Source: an uncultured Chloroflexia bacterium
GTDB taxonomy: Bacteria > Chloroflexota > Chloroflexia > Thermomicrobiales > UBA6265
Reading direction: 5' to 3'
NCBI GenBank assembly: GCA_963724295.1
Contig: CAVRUC010000010.1
Coordinates: 160,001 to 224,000 of the forward strand
Length of the DNA: 64,000 bases
The notes beneath the pieces were generated by a model that saw only the letters and a list, made by a program, of their open reading frames with translations, was not told the DNA's origin and did no database searches. This document shows positions 12,179 to 22,086 of the stretch, piece after piece; positions within the stretch are counted from its first letter, which is position 1, and each line of letters begins with the position of its first letter. The position numbers and the translations under genes are program-made.

Positions 12179-12721
12179 AGCGCGTGCTCACGCCGCGTTC
12201 CGACGCTGCTACAGCCGCGGGCGCACGCGCGCGACGCGCGTCTGCCCCGGCTGGCTTACGGCTTGCTCTCACTCTAGGGGGCGTAGCAGGCTGCCGATAC
12301 GCAGAGTACCCACGCATTACCCACGCAATTGGCCATCACGGCTATTTCACCGGCCGTTTCGTCACCTCTTAGGCGCCTGAGGCTCCCTGGGCGTCGGCAA
12401 CCGCGCGATGAGCGCCATGATCGGCTCAAACGCGACGGCGTTGGGTTTCTCTCGGGGGTGGACGCACCGAACGTCGAGCGGAGCAGTTCAGCGGCGCCGT
12501 GAGCAGCCGAGCTGTACCAGCCACTGGTGGGCCCAGCCAGCAACCAGCAACTGGCCGGACAGACGGCGGGACGGAAAGTCCGACGTTGAGGGGTCGAGGC
12601 GATGGCAAGCCGGGGATGAGTTCCTGGGAGGCCCTCTTACTCATTCCCTCATACGCTAATGGGAAGGGACTTCCGAAAGCTGACGGCTATGGACAGCAGG
12701 GTGCGGGCACACCGCGCCTCG

Positions 12722-13189
12722 TTACGAATCGTCGCCGGGCGGCGCACGCAGCTCCTCGACCTCGCGGCGCAGGTCTTCGATGTCCTGGAACTGGCGGTAG
12801 ACCGAGGCGAAGCGGATGTAGGCGACTTCGTCGAGGGCTTTCAGCTCGCGCAGCACGCTCTCCCCGATTGCACTGGAGGGGACTTCGGCGGTGCCTCGGG
12901 CCAGGAGATCGGCTTCGACGCGGGTCAGGATGTCGTCGATCGCGTCCTCACCGACCGGGCGCTTCGTCAGCGCTACGCGGAGCTTCTGGCGCAGCTTGAC
13001 CGGATCGAAGTCCTGGCGGCGGCCGTCCTTCTTGACGACCATCAGGTTGGCGCCCTCGACCCGCTCGTAGGTGGTGAAGCGCCGAGCGCAGACCGAGCAC
13101 TCCCGGCGGCGGCGGATGCTGTCGCCCCCGCTCAGCTCGCGGCTGTCGATGACCCGGGTGTCGTCCGCACGGCAGAACGGGCAGCGCAC
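12722..13189 (-). CDS. nrdR: Transcriptional repressor NrdR
   Basis: MRCPFC..TRVIDSR..IRRRREC..C.RRFTTYERVE, ATP-cone, VAYIRFASVYRQF. Confidence 0.97.
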   Translation of the reverse strand: MRCPFCRADDTRVIDSRELSGGDSIRRRRECSVCARRFTTYERVEGANLMVVKKDGRRQDFDPVKLRQKLRVALTKRPVGEDAIDDILTRVEADLLARGTAEVPSSAIGESVLRELKALDEVAYIRFASVYRQFQDIEDLRREVEELRAPPGDDS

Positions 13190-13239
13190 GCTTCCGCCTC
13201 AGGCTCGCCGGCGGTGATCCGGCACCACCGCTGCAGGCC

Positions 13240-14604
13240 CTATCGCTCGCGCAGGAACTTGATGATCGAGGACTCCGCCACCCAATCATCCTCCGGGTAA
13301 GGCGCGCCCGGTGAGGTGCCCTGTGTCGTGGCCCGGGGCGGTGAGGAGACCGGCGGAGGCGTCATCGGCCGGTAGGTCCGCTCCGGCTCGCGCATGGGGC
13401 GGGGCTCACGCGATACGCCGCGCAACGACGAATCGAAGAAGTCTCCATTCTGCTCGAACCCGGTGGCGATGAGGGTGATGCGCACGGAATCGCCGAGCGA
13501 CGGATCGACCGAGGTGCCGTAGATGATCTCGGCCTCCTCGTCGACGGCGGCCCGGATCACCTCGGCCGCCTCGCTGGTCTCGATGAGGGTGAGGTCCGTG
13601 CCGCCGGTGATGTTGTAGAGCACGCCCGTGGCGCCCTGGATGTTCATCTCCAGCAGCGGGCTCTCGATCGCCTGCTGCGCGGCGTCGATGCACCGCGTCT
13701 CGCCCGAGCCGTGGCCGATCGCCATCAAGGCCGACCCGGCTTCCTTCATCACCGTCTTCACGTCGGCGAAGTCGAGGTTGATGATCCCCGGCTTGATGAT
13801 CAGGTCGGAGATACCGCCGATCCCTTGCCGCAGGACATCATCGGCCATGCCGAAGGCCTCCTCGATCGAGGTCTTGGCATCGACCATATCGAGCAAGCGC
13901 TGATTGGGAATGACGATCAGCGCATCGACCGTCTCCCGCAGCCGGGCAATGCCCTCCTCGGCGGCGCGGCGGCGACGAGTGCCCTCGAAGTCGAACGGCT
14001 TGGTGACGACGCCGACGGTCAGCGCTCCGGCCGCGCGGGCATGCTTGGCGATCACGGGCGCCGCTCCGGTCCCCGTGCCACCACCCATGCCGGCGGTGAT
14101 GAAGACCATATCGGCCCCACGCACCATCTCGCCCAGGGTATCGGCGCTCTCCTCAGCCGCTCGCTCGCCGATCTCGGGACGTCCACCCGCGCCCAGCCCC
14201 TTGGTCAGCTTGTCGCCGATGCGGACGTAGACCGGAGCCTTGCTGCCCATCAGGGCCTGGGCGTCAGTGTTGACGGAGACGAACTCGATGCCGTCGACCC
14301 CGGCGTCGATCATCCGGTTGACGGCGTTGCCGCCCGCTCCGCCGATGCCGACGACTTTGATGTGCGCGAAGGTCTCGCGCATCACGTCGTCCCAGGAGGA
14401 GTCACGGGCGCGCACGGGCGCGGCGACAGGTCTGGACGGCGCTGGTGCTGGCGGTGGATCCGCGGGGCGTTCAGGTACCGGTGCGGCCATCTCCAGGGGC
14501 GCCGCGGCAGCGTCTAAGGAAGCGCGCGGGCGGTCATTTCGCTGGCCTTCCGGTTGTGGCGGCCGGCGCTGGCCGCGGACCGACCCTTGGTTGTGGGACT
14601 GCAT
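13240..14604 (-). CDS. ftsZ: Cell division protein FtsZ with Pro/Ala-rich N-terminal extension
   Basis: [27 protein letters not shown], tubulin signature [21 protein letters not shown] 14604 follows a G-rich RBS. Confidence 0.97.
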   Translation of the reverse strand: MQSHNQGSVRGQRRPPQPEGQRNDRPRASLDAAAAPLEMAAPVPERPADPPPAPAPSRPVAAPVRARDSSWDDVMRETFAHIKVVGIGGAGGNAVNRMIDAGVDGIEFVSVNTDAQALMGSKAPVYVRIGDKLTKGLGAGGRPEIGERAAEESADTLGEMVRGADMVFITAGMGGGTGTGAAPVIAKHARAAGALTVGVVTKPFDFEGTRRRRAAEEGIARLRETVDALIVIPNQRLLDMVDAKTSIEEAFGMADDVLRQGIGGISDLIIKPGIINLDFADVKTVMKEAGSALMAIGHGSGETRCIDAAQQAIESPLLEMNIQGATGVLYNITGGTDLTLIETSEAAEVIRAAVDEEAEIIYGTSVDPSLGDSVRITLIATGFEQNGDFFDSSLRGVSREPRPMREPERTYRPMTPPPVSSPPRATTQGTSPGAPYPEDDWVAESSIIKFLRER

Positions 14605-14830
14605 GCTTCTCCCCCATCCCGGAACGCGAACGCCTCCGCTGGCGCTGCAGGGCACCAGATCTGCTCGTCCGGCAGGCGCACCCGAGGGCTTGTGCTATCC
14701 GTCACCGCGGGGAAGGTGACGCGCGCGGCGCAGAAGACTCGACGAACGTCCCGGGGCAATGATGTTCACCGGATTGGAGCACACCCCAACCCGGCAGTCC
14801 GGTTTGCGCCGCGGAGCAACACCCTGCCGG

Positions 14831-14839
14831 AGTATAGCA
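14831..14839 (-). promoter_or_regulatory. Putative extended -10 promoter for ftsZ-nrdR
   Basis: TGCTATACT on the minus strand about 230 nt upstream of ftsZ; no well-spaced -35. Confidence 0.4.
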
Positions 14840-14991
14840 TCGGGTCTAGGGCAACTTCTGGGTAGCGATCAGTCCAAGATCGGTCGAGAGGGATGACCTG
14901 GCGAAGCCATTAGGTGCGCAGCGAGTACGTCATTGTCGATTGTCGCCGTTGCCGAACGACCAATTGATGTCACACGCGTAAGGAGTCTTCA

Positions 14992-15837
14992 GTGTCCGAA
15001 CTGCGCATCCTTATGAGCGGCCTGATGTTCCCCGAGTCACCACGATGGCACGACGATCGCCTGTGGCTCGCCGACTGGGGCGCGCAGGAGCTCGTTGCCG
15101 TCGATCTCCAGGGCCGGAGCGACGTCATCGTCAACGTGCCGTCATTTCCCTTTTCCATCGACTGGCTGCCCGATGGACGCCTGCTGATCGTCTCGGCGAG
15201 CGACAGGAAGCTCCTGCGCCGGGAGCGCGACGGATCAATGGTCACCCACGCCGACCTGAGCGGTCTCGCCGACCACCCCTGGAACGAGATCGTCGTGGAC
15301 GGACGCGGCAATGCTTACCTCAACAATATCGGCTTCGACTTTCCAGACGGCAAGTTCGCTACCGGCATCATCGCCCTGGTCACCCCCGATGGCTCGGTTC
15401 GCCAGGTGGCGGACGGGGTCGCTTTCCCCAACGGCATGGTCGTGACATCCGACAATGCGACGCTGATCGTCGCCGAATCCTACGCCTCCCGACTGACCGC
15501 CTTCGACATCACGCCTGATGGCGAACTCGCGAACCGGAGGCTGTGGTCCGACCTCGACGGCGGCGCCCCTGACGGCATCTGCCTCGATGCGGAAGGCGCT
15601 ATCTGGTACGGGGATGTCCCCAACAGACGCTGCGTGCGGGTTCGCGAAGGTGGAGAGGTGCTGCAGACGATTGAGCTCGATCGAGGCTGCTTCGCCTGCA
15701 TGCTCGGAGGCGAGGACGAGCAAACCTTGTTCCTGGTCGCGAACGAGTGGGGTGGCCCGGAGCGCATGGCCGACGGCGGGGCAATGGGACAGGTGCTGAC
15801 GACACAGGCCCCCGTACCAAGCGCTGGCTGGCCTTAG
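14992..15837 (+). CDS. SMP-30/gluconolactonase/LRE family protein
   Basis: FPESPRWH, WNEIVVD..GNAY, FPNGMVVT, PDGICLDAEG.IW; RBS AAGGAG. Confidence 0.92.
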   Translation: MSELRILMSGLMFPESPRWHDDRLWLADWGAQELVAVDLQGRSDVIVNVPSFPFSIDWLPDGRLLIVSASDRKLLRRERDGSMVTHADLSGLADHPWNEIVVDGRGNAYLNNIGFDFPDGKFATGIIALVTPDGSVRQVADGVAFPNGMVVTSDNATLIVAESYASRLTAFDITPDGELANRRLWSDLDGGAPDGICLDAEGAIWYGDVPNRRCVRVREGGEVLQTIELDRGCFACMLGGEDEQTLFLVANEWGGPERMADGGAMGQVLTTQAPVPSAGWP

Positions 15838-15902
15838 GAACGGGGCGACGGCACAGTGCAGCGGCGAGCGCGTGGCACAGACACCGTTTCGCGAGACGCT
15901 CC

Positions 15903-17006
15903 TCAGACTGCCCGGCGTCGTTCCAGCGACCGCTCCAGCGCCAGTCCGATGAGCCGGTCCACGAGCTCATCCAGCGGCATTCCGCTCCCCTGCCAGAGAC
16001 GCGGATACATGCTGATGGCGGTAAATCCAGGAATCGTATTGACCTCATTGATGTAGATCTGGTCGGTATTGCGGTCCATGAAGAAATCGATCCGCGCCAT
16101 GCCGGCCAGATCAAGAGCGCGAAACGCCGCAATCGCCATCTCCTGGATCTCGGCCATCGTGCCGCGGTCGATCGGCGCCGGGACCAGGAGCTCCGAGTTT
16201 TCGTCGACATACTTGGCGTTGTAGTCGTAGAACTCGTTGCAGGGGACGACCTCGCCGACAATCGAGGCGATGGGCTCGTCGTTGCCGAGCACCGAGATCT
16301 CCAGCTCGCGGGCGTCGATCGCTTTCTCGATGAGGATGCGACGGTCGAAGCGGCAGGCCTCGCGCATTGCCGTCGGGAACTCGCTCGGGTCGTGCGCCTT
16401 GACTACACCCACGCTGGAGCCCATGTTCGCCGGCTTGACGAAACAGGGCCAGCCGAGGATCTCCCCCGCCCATTCCGTGCACACATCGGGATCGCGCTCC
16501 CACTCCTTGCGGGTGATGAGCCGCCATGGCGCCTGGGGCAAGCCTTCCTGAGCGAGGATCGTCTTCGCCATCGCCTTGTCCATGCTGAGCGCTGAGCCCA
16601 GCACCCCGGCTCCGACGTAGGGCACACCGGTCAGCTCCAGGAGTCCCTGCACCGTCCCGTCTTCGCCCATGGGACCGTGCAATACGGGAAAGACGACGTC
16701 GATACCGCCTGTAAACAGCGCGGGGACGGCGCTCTCCGCGGGCTCCTCGGACACCTCTGGGGCCGGCTCGCCCGTCGCGCCGTCGCCCAGGGCAAACAAG
16801 GGAGACGTCGCCGTCAACGCGGCGAAGGGATCGCCGCCGGTGAGCCAGTGGCCCTCGCGGGTGATGCCGATGGGAACCACCTCGTAGCGATCGGGGTCGA
16901 GCGCACCCATGACGGTTTCCGCCGAGCGGAGCGACACATCGTGCTCGCTCGACTGGCCACCGAACAGGACGGCCACCCGCACTTTGCCGCGGCGCCGTTC
17001 ATGCAT
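15903..17006 (-). CDS. ddl: D-alanine--D-alanine ligase
   Basis: VLFGGQSSEHDVSL.SA, FPVLHGPMGEDG, FVKPANMGSSVG, FYDYNAKY, INEVNTIPGFT. Confidence 0.96.
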   Translation of the reverse strand: MHERRRGKVRVAVLFGGQSSEHDVSLRSAETVMGALDPDRYEVVPIGITREGHWLTGGDPFAALTATSPLFALGDGATGEPAPEVSEEPAESAVPALFTGGIDVVFPVLHGPMGEDGTVQGLLELTGVPYVGAGVLGSALSMDKAMAKTILAQEGLPQAPWRLITRKEWERDPDVCTEWAGEILGWPCFVKPANMGSSVGVVKAHDPSEFPTAMREACRFDRRILIEKAIDARELEISVLGNDEPIASIVGEVVPCNEFYDYNAKYVDENSELLVPAPIDRGTMAEIQEMAIAAFRALDLAGMARIDFFMDRNTDQIYINEVNTIPGFTAISMYPRLWQGSGMPLDELVDRLIGLALERSLERRRAV

Positions 17007-17060
17007 CGACCGGTTCTCCCCTCTTGTCACTCATCGCCCGCCTGGACGTCTCCGTGCCCT

Positions 17061-19484
17061 TCACGTTGCCACTTCGAGTTGCAGGTACTCGACCTCACGC
17101 CGCAACTCTACTCCGAACCGATCGCGTACTCGCGCCTGCGCCGTGGCGATCAAGGCCCGCACGTCGGCTGCCGTCGCCGTGCCGTCGTTCACGATCCAGT
17201 TGGCGTGCTTGGGCGAGAATGCCGCGCCGCCGATGGCGAACCCCTTCAGGCCGCTCTCCTCGAGCAGACGTCCCGCGAAGTCGCCGGGCGGATTGGCGAA
17301 CGTCGAACCCGCGCAGGCGCCGGTCGGCTGCGTCTCCTTGCGAAACGCGGCGTGCTCGTCGGCGAGCCGTACCAGAGCAGCGGGATCGCCTTTCGGCAGG
17401 AGCATGATCGCCGCCAGCACCGTCCAGGGTCGCGGCCGCGGCGCCGCCTTGATGATCGTGTGCCGGTAGGCCGCTTCCAGCCACGCCGCCGGCCGCTCCT
17501 CGATCTCGCCCCGCTCGTTCAGGATGACCACCGCTTCGAGATGGTCGATCTGCTCGGTTCCATGCGCTCCGGCGTTGTTCACCGTGGCGCCGCCGATCGT
17601 CCCCGGCAGCCCGACGCCCCAGTCCATCCCGGACCAACCCCGCTCCGCGGCGTAGCGGCCGGTCCAGGACAAGGGGGCCTGGGCCGCCACCCGCAGCCGG
17701 ACGGCATCGCCTAGCTCCTCGACCTCGACCAGATCGACTGCTCGCTCGCCCGGCGTGCGTGCCAGCACGACGAGCCCGCGAATGCCCTCGTCATCGACCA
17801 GGAGATTGCTCCCGCCGCCGATAACCGTCACCGGCAGCCCCTCCTGTCGCCCCCAGGCGACAGCGGCAACGAGGTCGTCCGGAGTCGCCGCCCGCACCAG
17901 GAAATCGGCCGGTCCGCCGATGCGCCAGGTGGTGTGCAAGCGCATCGGCGCATCGCGGAGCACTTTCAGCTCCGAAGTGCCCGGGATCGTCATGACGTCC
18001 GCCCCGGCGCGACCTCGAGGACGCGGGCGCTCCGGAACGGAAGGCGGACCCGGCGGCGCGGTTTCTCGCGCCGGCACTTGCAGGCGATCGAGCAGCAGCG
18101 GTCCGGTATCGGTGATGGTGCCCGCCCCGAGCGTCAGCACCACGTCGCCCGCGGCGACGACCTCTGCCAGGAGACGCGCCGCGTCTGCCGGGTCGCGCGC
18201 GGTGAGTGTCCCGGCCGGCAAGAGCCGGACCAGATCGGCACTGGCGATACCCAGGTCGTCGGTCTCCCGCGCCGCGTAGACGTCGAGGATCATGACCCGG
18301 TCGGCGTCGACGAATGACGCGGCGAAATCGCGTAACAGCGCCTTGAGCCGGGAGAATGTGTGGGGCTGGAAGACCGCCCACAGGCGACGATCAGGGAACC
18401 GCTCCTTCGCCGCCCGTAACGTGACCGCGATCTCGCTCGGATGATGGGCGTAGTCATCGATCACCAGGACGCCGCGCGCTTCGCCCTTCGTTTCGAAGCG
18501 CCGCCCTACTCCCCGGAACGATTCGAGTGCCGCGGCGGCCGCCGCGGCGTCGTAGCCCAGGGAGACGAGCGCGGCGAGCGCGGCGGTCGCGTTCCGAGCG
18601 TTATGTCGCCCCGGAACCCCGAGTGACAGCGGCACGGCGATGTCATCGGGTCCGGTGACCCGCCACCCCTCTTCCGTCCGCTCCAGCCGCCAATCGGCGT
18701 CCGCCGATTCTCCAAACGTGACGACGCCGCGCGGTGGTGACCAGTCCTGCCGGGCCATCAGACGAGCGCAGCCCGGGTCGTCGGCGGCGATGACGAGCGC
18801 TCCTTCCGGACGCATGCCGGCGACGAACGTGGCGAATGCCGCGTCGTAGGCGTCCGTGTTGGGGAAGAGATCCGGGTGGTCGTACTCGACGTTGGTGATG
18901 ACCGCGACCCACGGATGGAGATGGAGGAAGGACCAGTCATACTCGTCGGCTTCGACGACCATCTCCTCTCCGGCGCCGGGCGCGGCGTTCGTGCCCGCCC
19001 CACCTAGCACCGCGCCGATGGCAAAGCTGGGGTCGGCGCCGAGCGCGCGCAGCGCCGCGACGATCATGCCGCTGGTGGTCGATTTGCCATGGCTCCCGGC
19101 GACGGCGACTCCGCGTCGCGCATCGGCCAGTGCCCCCAGCAGCCGCGCTCGCTTCACCAGCGGACGGCCCGCGCCAAGGGCAGCCGCGATCTCGGGGTTG
19201 TCCGGCCGCACCGCCGCCGTGGCGACGACCAGGTCGGCTTCCGCGGCCGCGTCTGTCGCGCTGTGCCCGATGGTGACGGCGATGCCCTCGCCTTTCAATT
19301 CTTCGAGGAGCGGCGACGCGGCGGCATCCGATCCCGAGACGGCGTAGCCCCAGGCATTGAGAATGCGGGCCAGACCGCTCATGCCGATGCCGCCGATGCC
19401 AACGAAATGGATACGGGCCGGTGAGGCAGGAAGCAACGCGTCGGTTGGGAGCGGTTTGCCCTCACCCCAACTCCTCTCAGCCAA
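17061..19484 (-). CDS. murC-murB: Bifunctional MurC (UDP-MurNAc--L-Ala ligase)-MurB (UDP-GlcNAc-enolpyruvate reductase) fusion
   Basis: N-half: HFVGIGGIGMSGLA, AGSHGKSTT, EADEYD, GVGRRFE, DDYAHHP.EI, FQPH. Pro-rich linker. C-half: TTWRIGGPAD, GGGSNLLV, GLPGTIGGA..NNAGA, GSTFANP, SPKHANWIVN. One uninterrupted frame. Confidence 0.92.
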   Translation of the reverse strand: MAERSWGEGKPLPTDALLPASPARIHFVGIGGIGMSGLARILNAWGYAVSGSDAAASPLLEELKGEGIAVTIGHSATDAAAEADLVVATAAVRPDNPEIAAALGAGRPLVKRARLLGALADARRGVAVAGSHGKSTTSGMIVAALRALGADPSFAIGAVLGGAGTNAAPGAGEEMVVEADEYDWSFLHLHPWVAVITNVEYDHPDLFPNTDAYDAAFATFVAGMRPEGALVIAADDPGCARLMARQDWSPPRGVVTFGESADADWRLERTEEGWRVTGPDDIAVPLSLGVPGRHNARNATAALAALVSLGYDAAAAAAALESFRGVGRRFETKGEARGVLVIDDYAHHPSEIAVTLRAAKERFPDRRLWAVFQPHTFSRLKALLRDFAASFVDADRVMILDVYAARETDDLGIASADLVRLLPAGTLTARDPADAARLLAEVVAAGDVVLTLGAGTITDTGPLLLDRLQVPARETAPPGPPSVPERPRPRGRAGADVMTIPGTSELKVLRDAPMRLHTTWRIGGPADFLVRAATPDDLVAAVAWGRQEGLPVTVIGGGSNLLVDDEGIRGLVVLARTPGERAVDLVEVEELGDAVRLRVAAQAPLSWTGRYAAERGWSGMDWGVGLPGTIGGATVNNAGAHGTEQIDHLEAVVILNERGEIEERPAAWLEAAYRHTIIKAAPRPRPWTVLAAIMLLPKGDPAALVRLADEHAAFRKETQPTGACAGSTFANPPGDFAGRLLEESGLKGFAIGGAAFSPKHANWIVNDGTATAADVRALIATAQARVRDRFGVELRREVEYLQLEVAT

Positions 19485-21043
19485 CGGCCCTCACCCCCAA
19501 CCCCCTCTCCCGGCTCGGAGCCGGGAGAGGGGGCTTTTGTGCTGCCCAGCCTGACTCCCTTCTCCCCGCTCCGAGGGGAGAAGGGCTGGGGATGAGGGGC
19601 GCTCGTGGGGAGAAGGGCTGGAGCAAAGGGATCGTCGTTGCTCTCATGCTCGACCCGCAGGGCCCCTACCACTTCACGGAAGCGATCGCCCCGGTCGAAC
19701 TCGTCACGGAAGAGCCCGAACGAGGCGCAGCCGGGTGAGAGCAGGACGACGTCGCCTGGCCGCGCCTCGCTTCGCGCGGCCGCCACAGCCTCACCCATCC
19801 CGGGGAATGGTCCGTAGGGCGTCACATCGCGGGTGCGCAACGCCGACTCCAGGGCCGGGGTCGCCGTTCCCGCGAAGAGATAGACCTTGGCCTGATGACG
19901 CGCGGCGGCCTCCGCCAGCGGCGACGGGTCGAGCCCCTTGTCGGCTCCGCCCGCCAGGAGGTGCACCTGGCCGCTCCGCTGCGCGACGGCCTCCAGGGCC
20001 GCCACGGTCGCAACCGGCGCCGTCGCCGTCGTGTCGTTGATGAATGTCACGCCGTCGATCTCGGCGACGGTTTCCATGCGATCTTTCACGCCCTGGAATG
20101 TCGCCAGCCCGCGCTCGATGGCCGTTGCGCTCGCTCCGGCCAGCGTCGCCGCGGCCAGGGCCGCCAGCGCGTTGCGCGCACCATGCCGCCCCGCCAGCAC
20201 CGATGATGTCGGACGCGGCCAGCGCGTCTCTACGCCTTGCCAGCGCCAGATGAGCCCCTCCGCGGTCAGCCAGGCGCCGTCATCTCCGCGGTCGCCCTCG
20301 CCGAACGGAACGACAGTTGCCGCGGTTTCCCCAGCCGCCCGCCACGCCTCGGGATCGTCTCTATTGACGACCAGCCAATCGCCGGGTCGTTGATGCCGGG
20401 TAATCCCCCGCTTCGTCTCCGCGTAGTCGGCGAAGCCGTCATACGTATTGAGATGGTCCTCCGCGATCAGGGTCAGCACGGCGATCCGCGGGGCCAACCC
20501 GTGCTCGATGAGGGCTTCGAGCTGCCAGGACGAGAGCTCGATCACCACCGGCGACTCAGGACGCAGACGTGGCAACTGCGCGAGCGCCGAGACCCCCATA
20601 TTCCCGGCCACGACGACATCGGGGAATGCCGAGCGGAGCAGCTCGCCGGTGAGCATCGAAACGGTCGTCTTCGCTTTGGTGCCGGTGATACCGACGATGG
20701 GGGCAGGGCAGGCGCGGAAGAAGAGACTCATCTCCATCTCGACCGGGATGCCCTGCGAGCGCGCCAGCTCCAGCAGCGGCGCTCGCCGCGGCACACCTGG
20801 ATTACGGACGATCAGGTCGGCTCGCCGCGGCGTAAAATCCCGCTCCTCATGCCCGCCGAGGACGAAACGGATCGGGAGTCCCGCCAGCGCCGCGAGCGGT
20901 TCGGCCAGCGCTTCCGCGGGGCGCATATCGGTAACGGTTACCTCCGCGCCCTCGCTCACCAGGTAGCGTGCTACCCCGAGACCGCCGGCGCGGGTGCCGA
21001 GACCGATGAGGGTGACGCGCTTGCCGCGCAGGTCGTGTGCCAC
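19379..21043 (-). CDS. murD: UDP-N-acetylmuramoyl-L-alanine--D-glutamate ligase MurD; C-terminus reads through a repeat and into the murC region
   Basis: GTG 21043; LRGKRVTLIGLG, RNPGVP, ELSSWQLE, EDHLNTY, FINDTTAT, LLSPGCASFGLF..EFDRG..F. Confidence 0.92.
   Translation of the reverse strand: MAHDLRGKRVTLIGLGTRAGGLGVARYLVSEGAEVTVTDMRPAEALAEPLAALAGLPIRFVLGGHEERDFTPRRADLIVRNPGVPRRAPLLELARSQGIPVEMEMSLFFRACPAPIVGITGTKAKTTVSMLTGELLRSAFPDVVVAGNMGVSALAQLPRLRPESPVVIELSSWQLEALIEHGLAPRIAVLTLIAEDHLNTYDGFADYAETKRGITRHQRPGDWLVVNRDDPEAWRAAGETAATVVPFGEGDRGDDGAWLTAEGLIWRWQGVETRWPRPTSSVLAGRHGARNALAALAAATLAGASATAIERGLATFQGVKDRMETVAEIDGVTFINDTTATAPVATVAALEAVAQRSGQVHLLAGGADKGLDPSPLAEAAARHQAKVYLFAGTATPALESALRTRDVTPYGPFPGMGEAVAAARSEARPGDVVLLSPGCASFGLFRDEFDRGDRFREVVGALRVEHESNDDPFAPALLPTSAPHPQPFSPRSGEKGVRLGSTKAPSPGSEPGEGVGGEGRWLRGVGVRANRSQPTRCFLPHRPVSISLASAASA
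19459..19625. repeat. BoxC-like palindromic repeat, copy 2 plus flanking half-copies, at the murD/murC junction
   Basis: About 120 bp near-identical to 2799-2920; partial copies CCCTCACCCCAACTCCTCTC at 19459-19478 and GGGGAGAAGGGCTGG at ~19607. Confidence 0.75.
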
Positions 21044-21057
21044 GTCGCCGCCTCGCG

Positions 21058-22086
21058 TCAGAACTGGACGAGCGCCATGGCGACGCCGATGATCCCGGCC
21101 ATCATGGCCAGCATCCAGAAGCGCATCGTCACCTGCGTCTCCGACCAGCCGAGCATCTCGAAGTGGTGATGCAGCGGCGCCATCTTGAACAGTCGCCGTC
21201 CTTCTCCGTAGCGGCGCCTGGTGAGCTTGAAGTATCCGACCTGCAGCATCACTGATGCCGCCTCGGCGACGAAGACGGCTCCCACCACCGGCAAGAGCAG
21301 CCACTGCCCGGTCATGAAGGCCGCGACCGCCAGCGATGCACCGATCGCCAGCGAGCCGGTATCACCCATGATGACCTGCGCCGGATGGGCGTTGAACCAG
21401 AGGAAGCCCATCAACGCGCCGGTCATCGTCAGGCAGAACGTGACCACGCCGAGCTGACCCTGCCGGTAGGCGATGATGGCGTAGGCGACGAAGGCGATGG
21501 CCGCGGTCCCCGCCGCCAGCGTGTCCAGCCCGTCGGTGAAGTTCACCGCGTTGGCCATGGCGATGATCGCCAGCGCCGCCACCGGGATGTAGAGCCATCC
21601 GATGTCGTAGCGACCGATGAACGGCAGGTAGACGCCACTCAAGCCAAGACCGTAGGGGAATGGCGCGTGCAGGATGCTCGCGGCGACGAGGGCGAACAGG
21701 GTCAGCCAGAGAAACTTGAAGCGCGCGCCCATCCCGCCCTGGCGGGACCCGCCCAGCAGACTCATGCGGTCGTCCATGGCGCCCAGGACGGCGGAGGCGA
21801 CGAGCACACCGATCGGCAGCAACATCGACAACCGGCCGGCCGTGTTGAAGACGAGCGTGATCAGGACGACCGACACCGCGATCATCACGCCGCCCATCGT
21901 CGGGGTACCGGTCTTGACGAAATGGGTTTCGGGTCCGTCGACGCGGACCTGCTTGGCGGCCTTGCGCATGCGGAGAAAGGTCACGATCGGCCGCCCGATG
22001 ATGAGCGTGACGACGAACGCCAGACCCGCCAGTGCCAGCGAAACGGCCATGTTCTGATTCGGGTCGACCGGCATGATGCTGTTCAT
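21058..22086 (-). CDS. mraY: Phospho-N-acetylmuramoyl-pentapeptide transferase
   Basis: KTGTPTMGG, NAVNFTDGLD, FNAHPAQVIMGDTGSL, FKMAPLHHHFE. Confidence 0.97.
   Translation of the reverse strand: MNSIMPVDPNQNMAVSLALAGLAFVVTLIIGRPIVTFLRMRKAAKQVRVDGPETHFVKTGTPTMGGVMIAVSVVLITLVFNTAGRLSMLLPIGVLVASAVLGAMDDRMSLLGGSRQGGMGARFKFLWLTLFALVAASILHAPFPYGLGLSGVYLPFIGRYDIGWLYIPVAALAIIAMANAVNFTDGLDTLAAGTAAIAFVAYAIIAYRQGQLGVVTFCLTMTGALMGFLWFNAHPAQVIMGDTGSLAIGASLAVAAFMTGQWLLLPVVGAVFVAEAASVMLQVGYFKLTRRRYGEGRRLFKMAPLHHHFEMLGWSETQVTMRFWMLAMMAGIIGVAMALVQF

Noticed and set aside
12200..12720. c-di-GMP or other riboswitch upstream of the giant gene
   Set aside because: GGGACGGAAAG is on the wrong strand and the other conserved elements are missing; only a short TACCCACGCA direct repeat is evident
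20661..20690. Inactive MurD due to P-loop GTKAKTT instead of GTKGKTT
   Set aside because: GCG versus GGC could be a local base-call error in this error-prone sequence; it cannot be supported without reads
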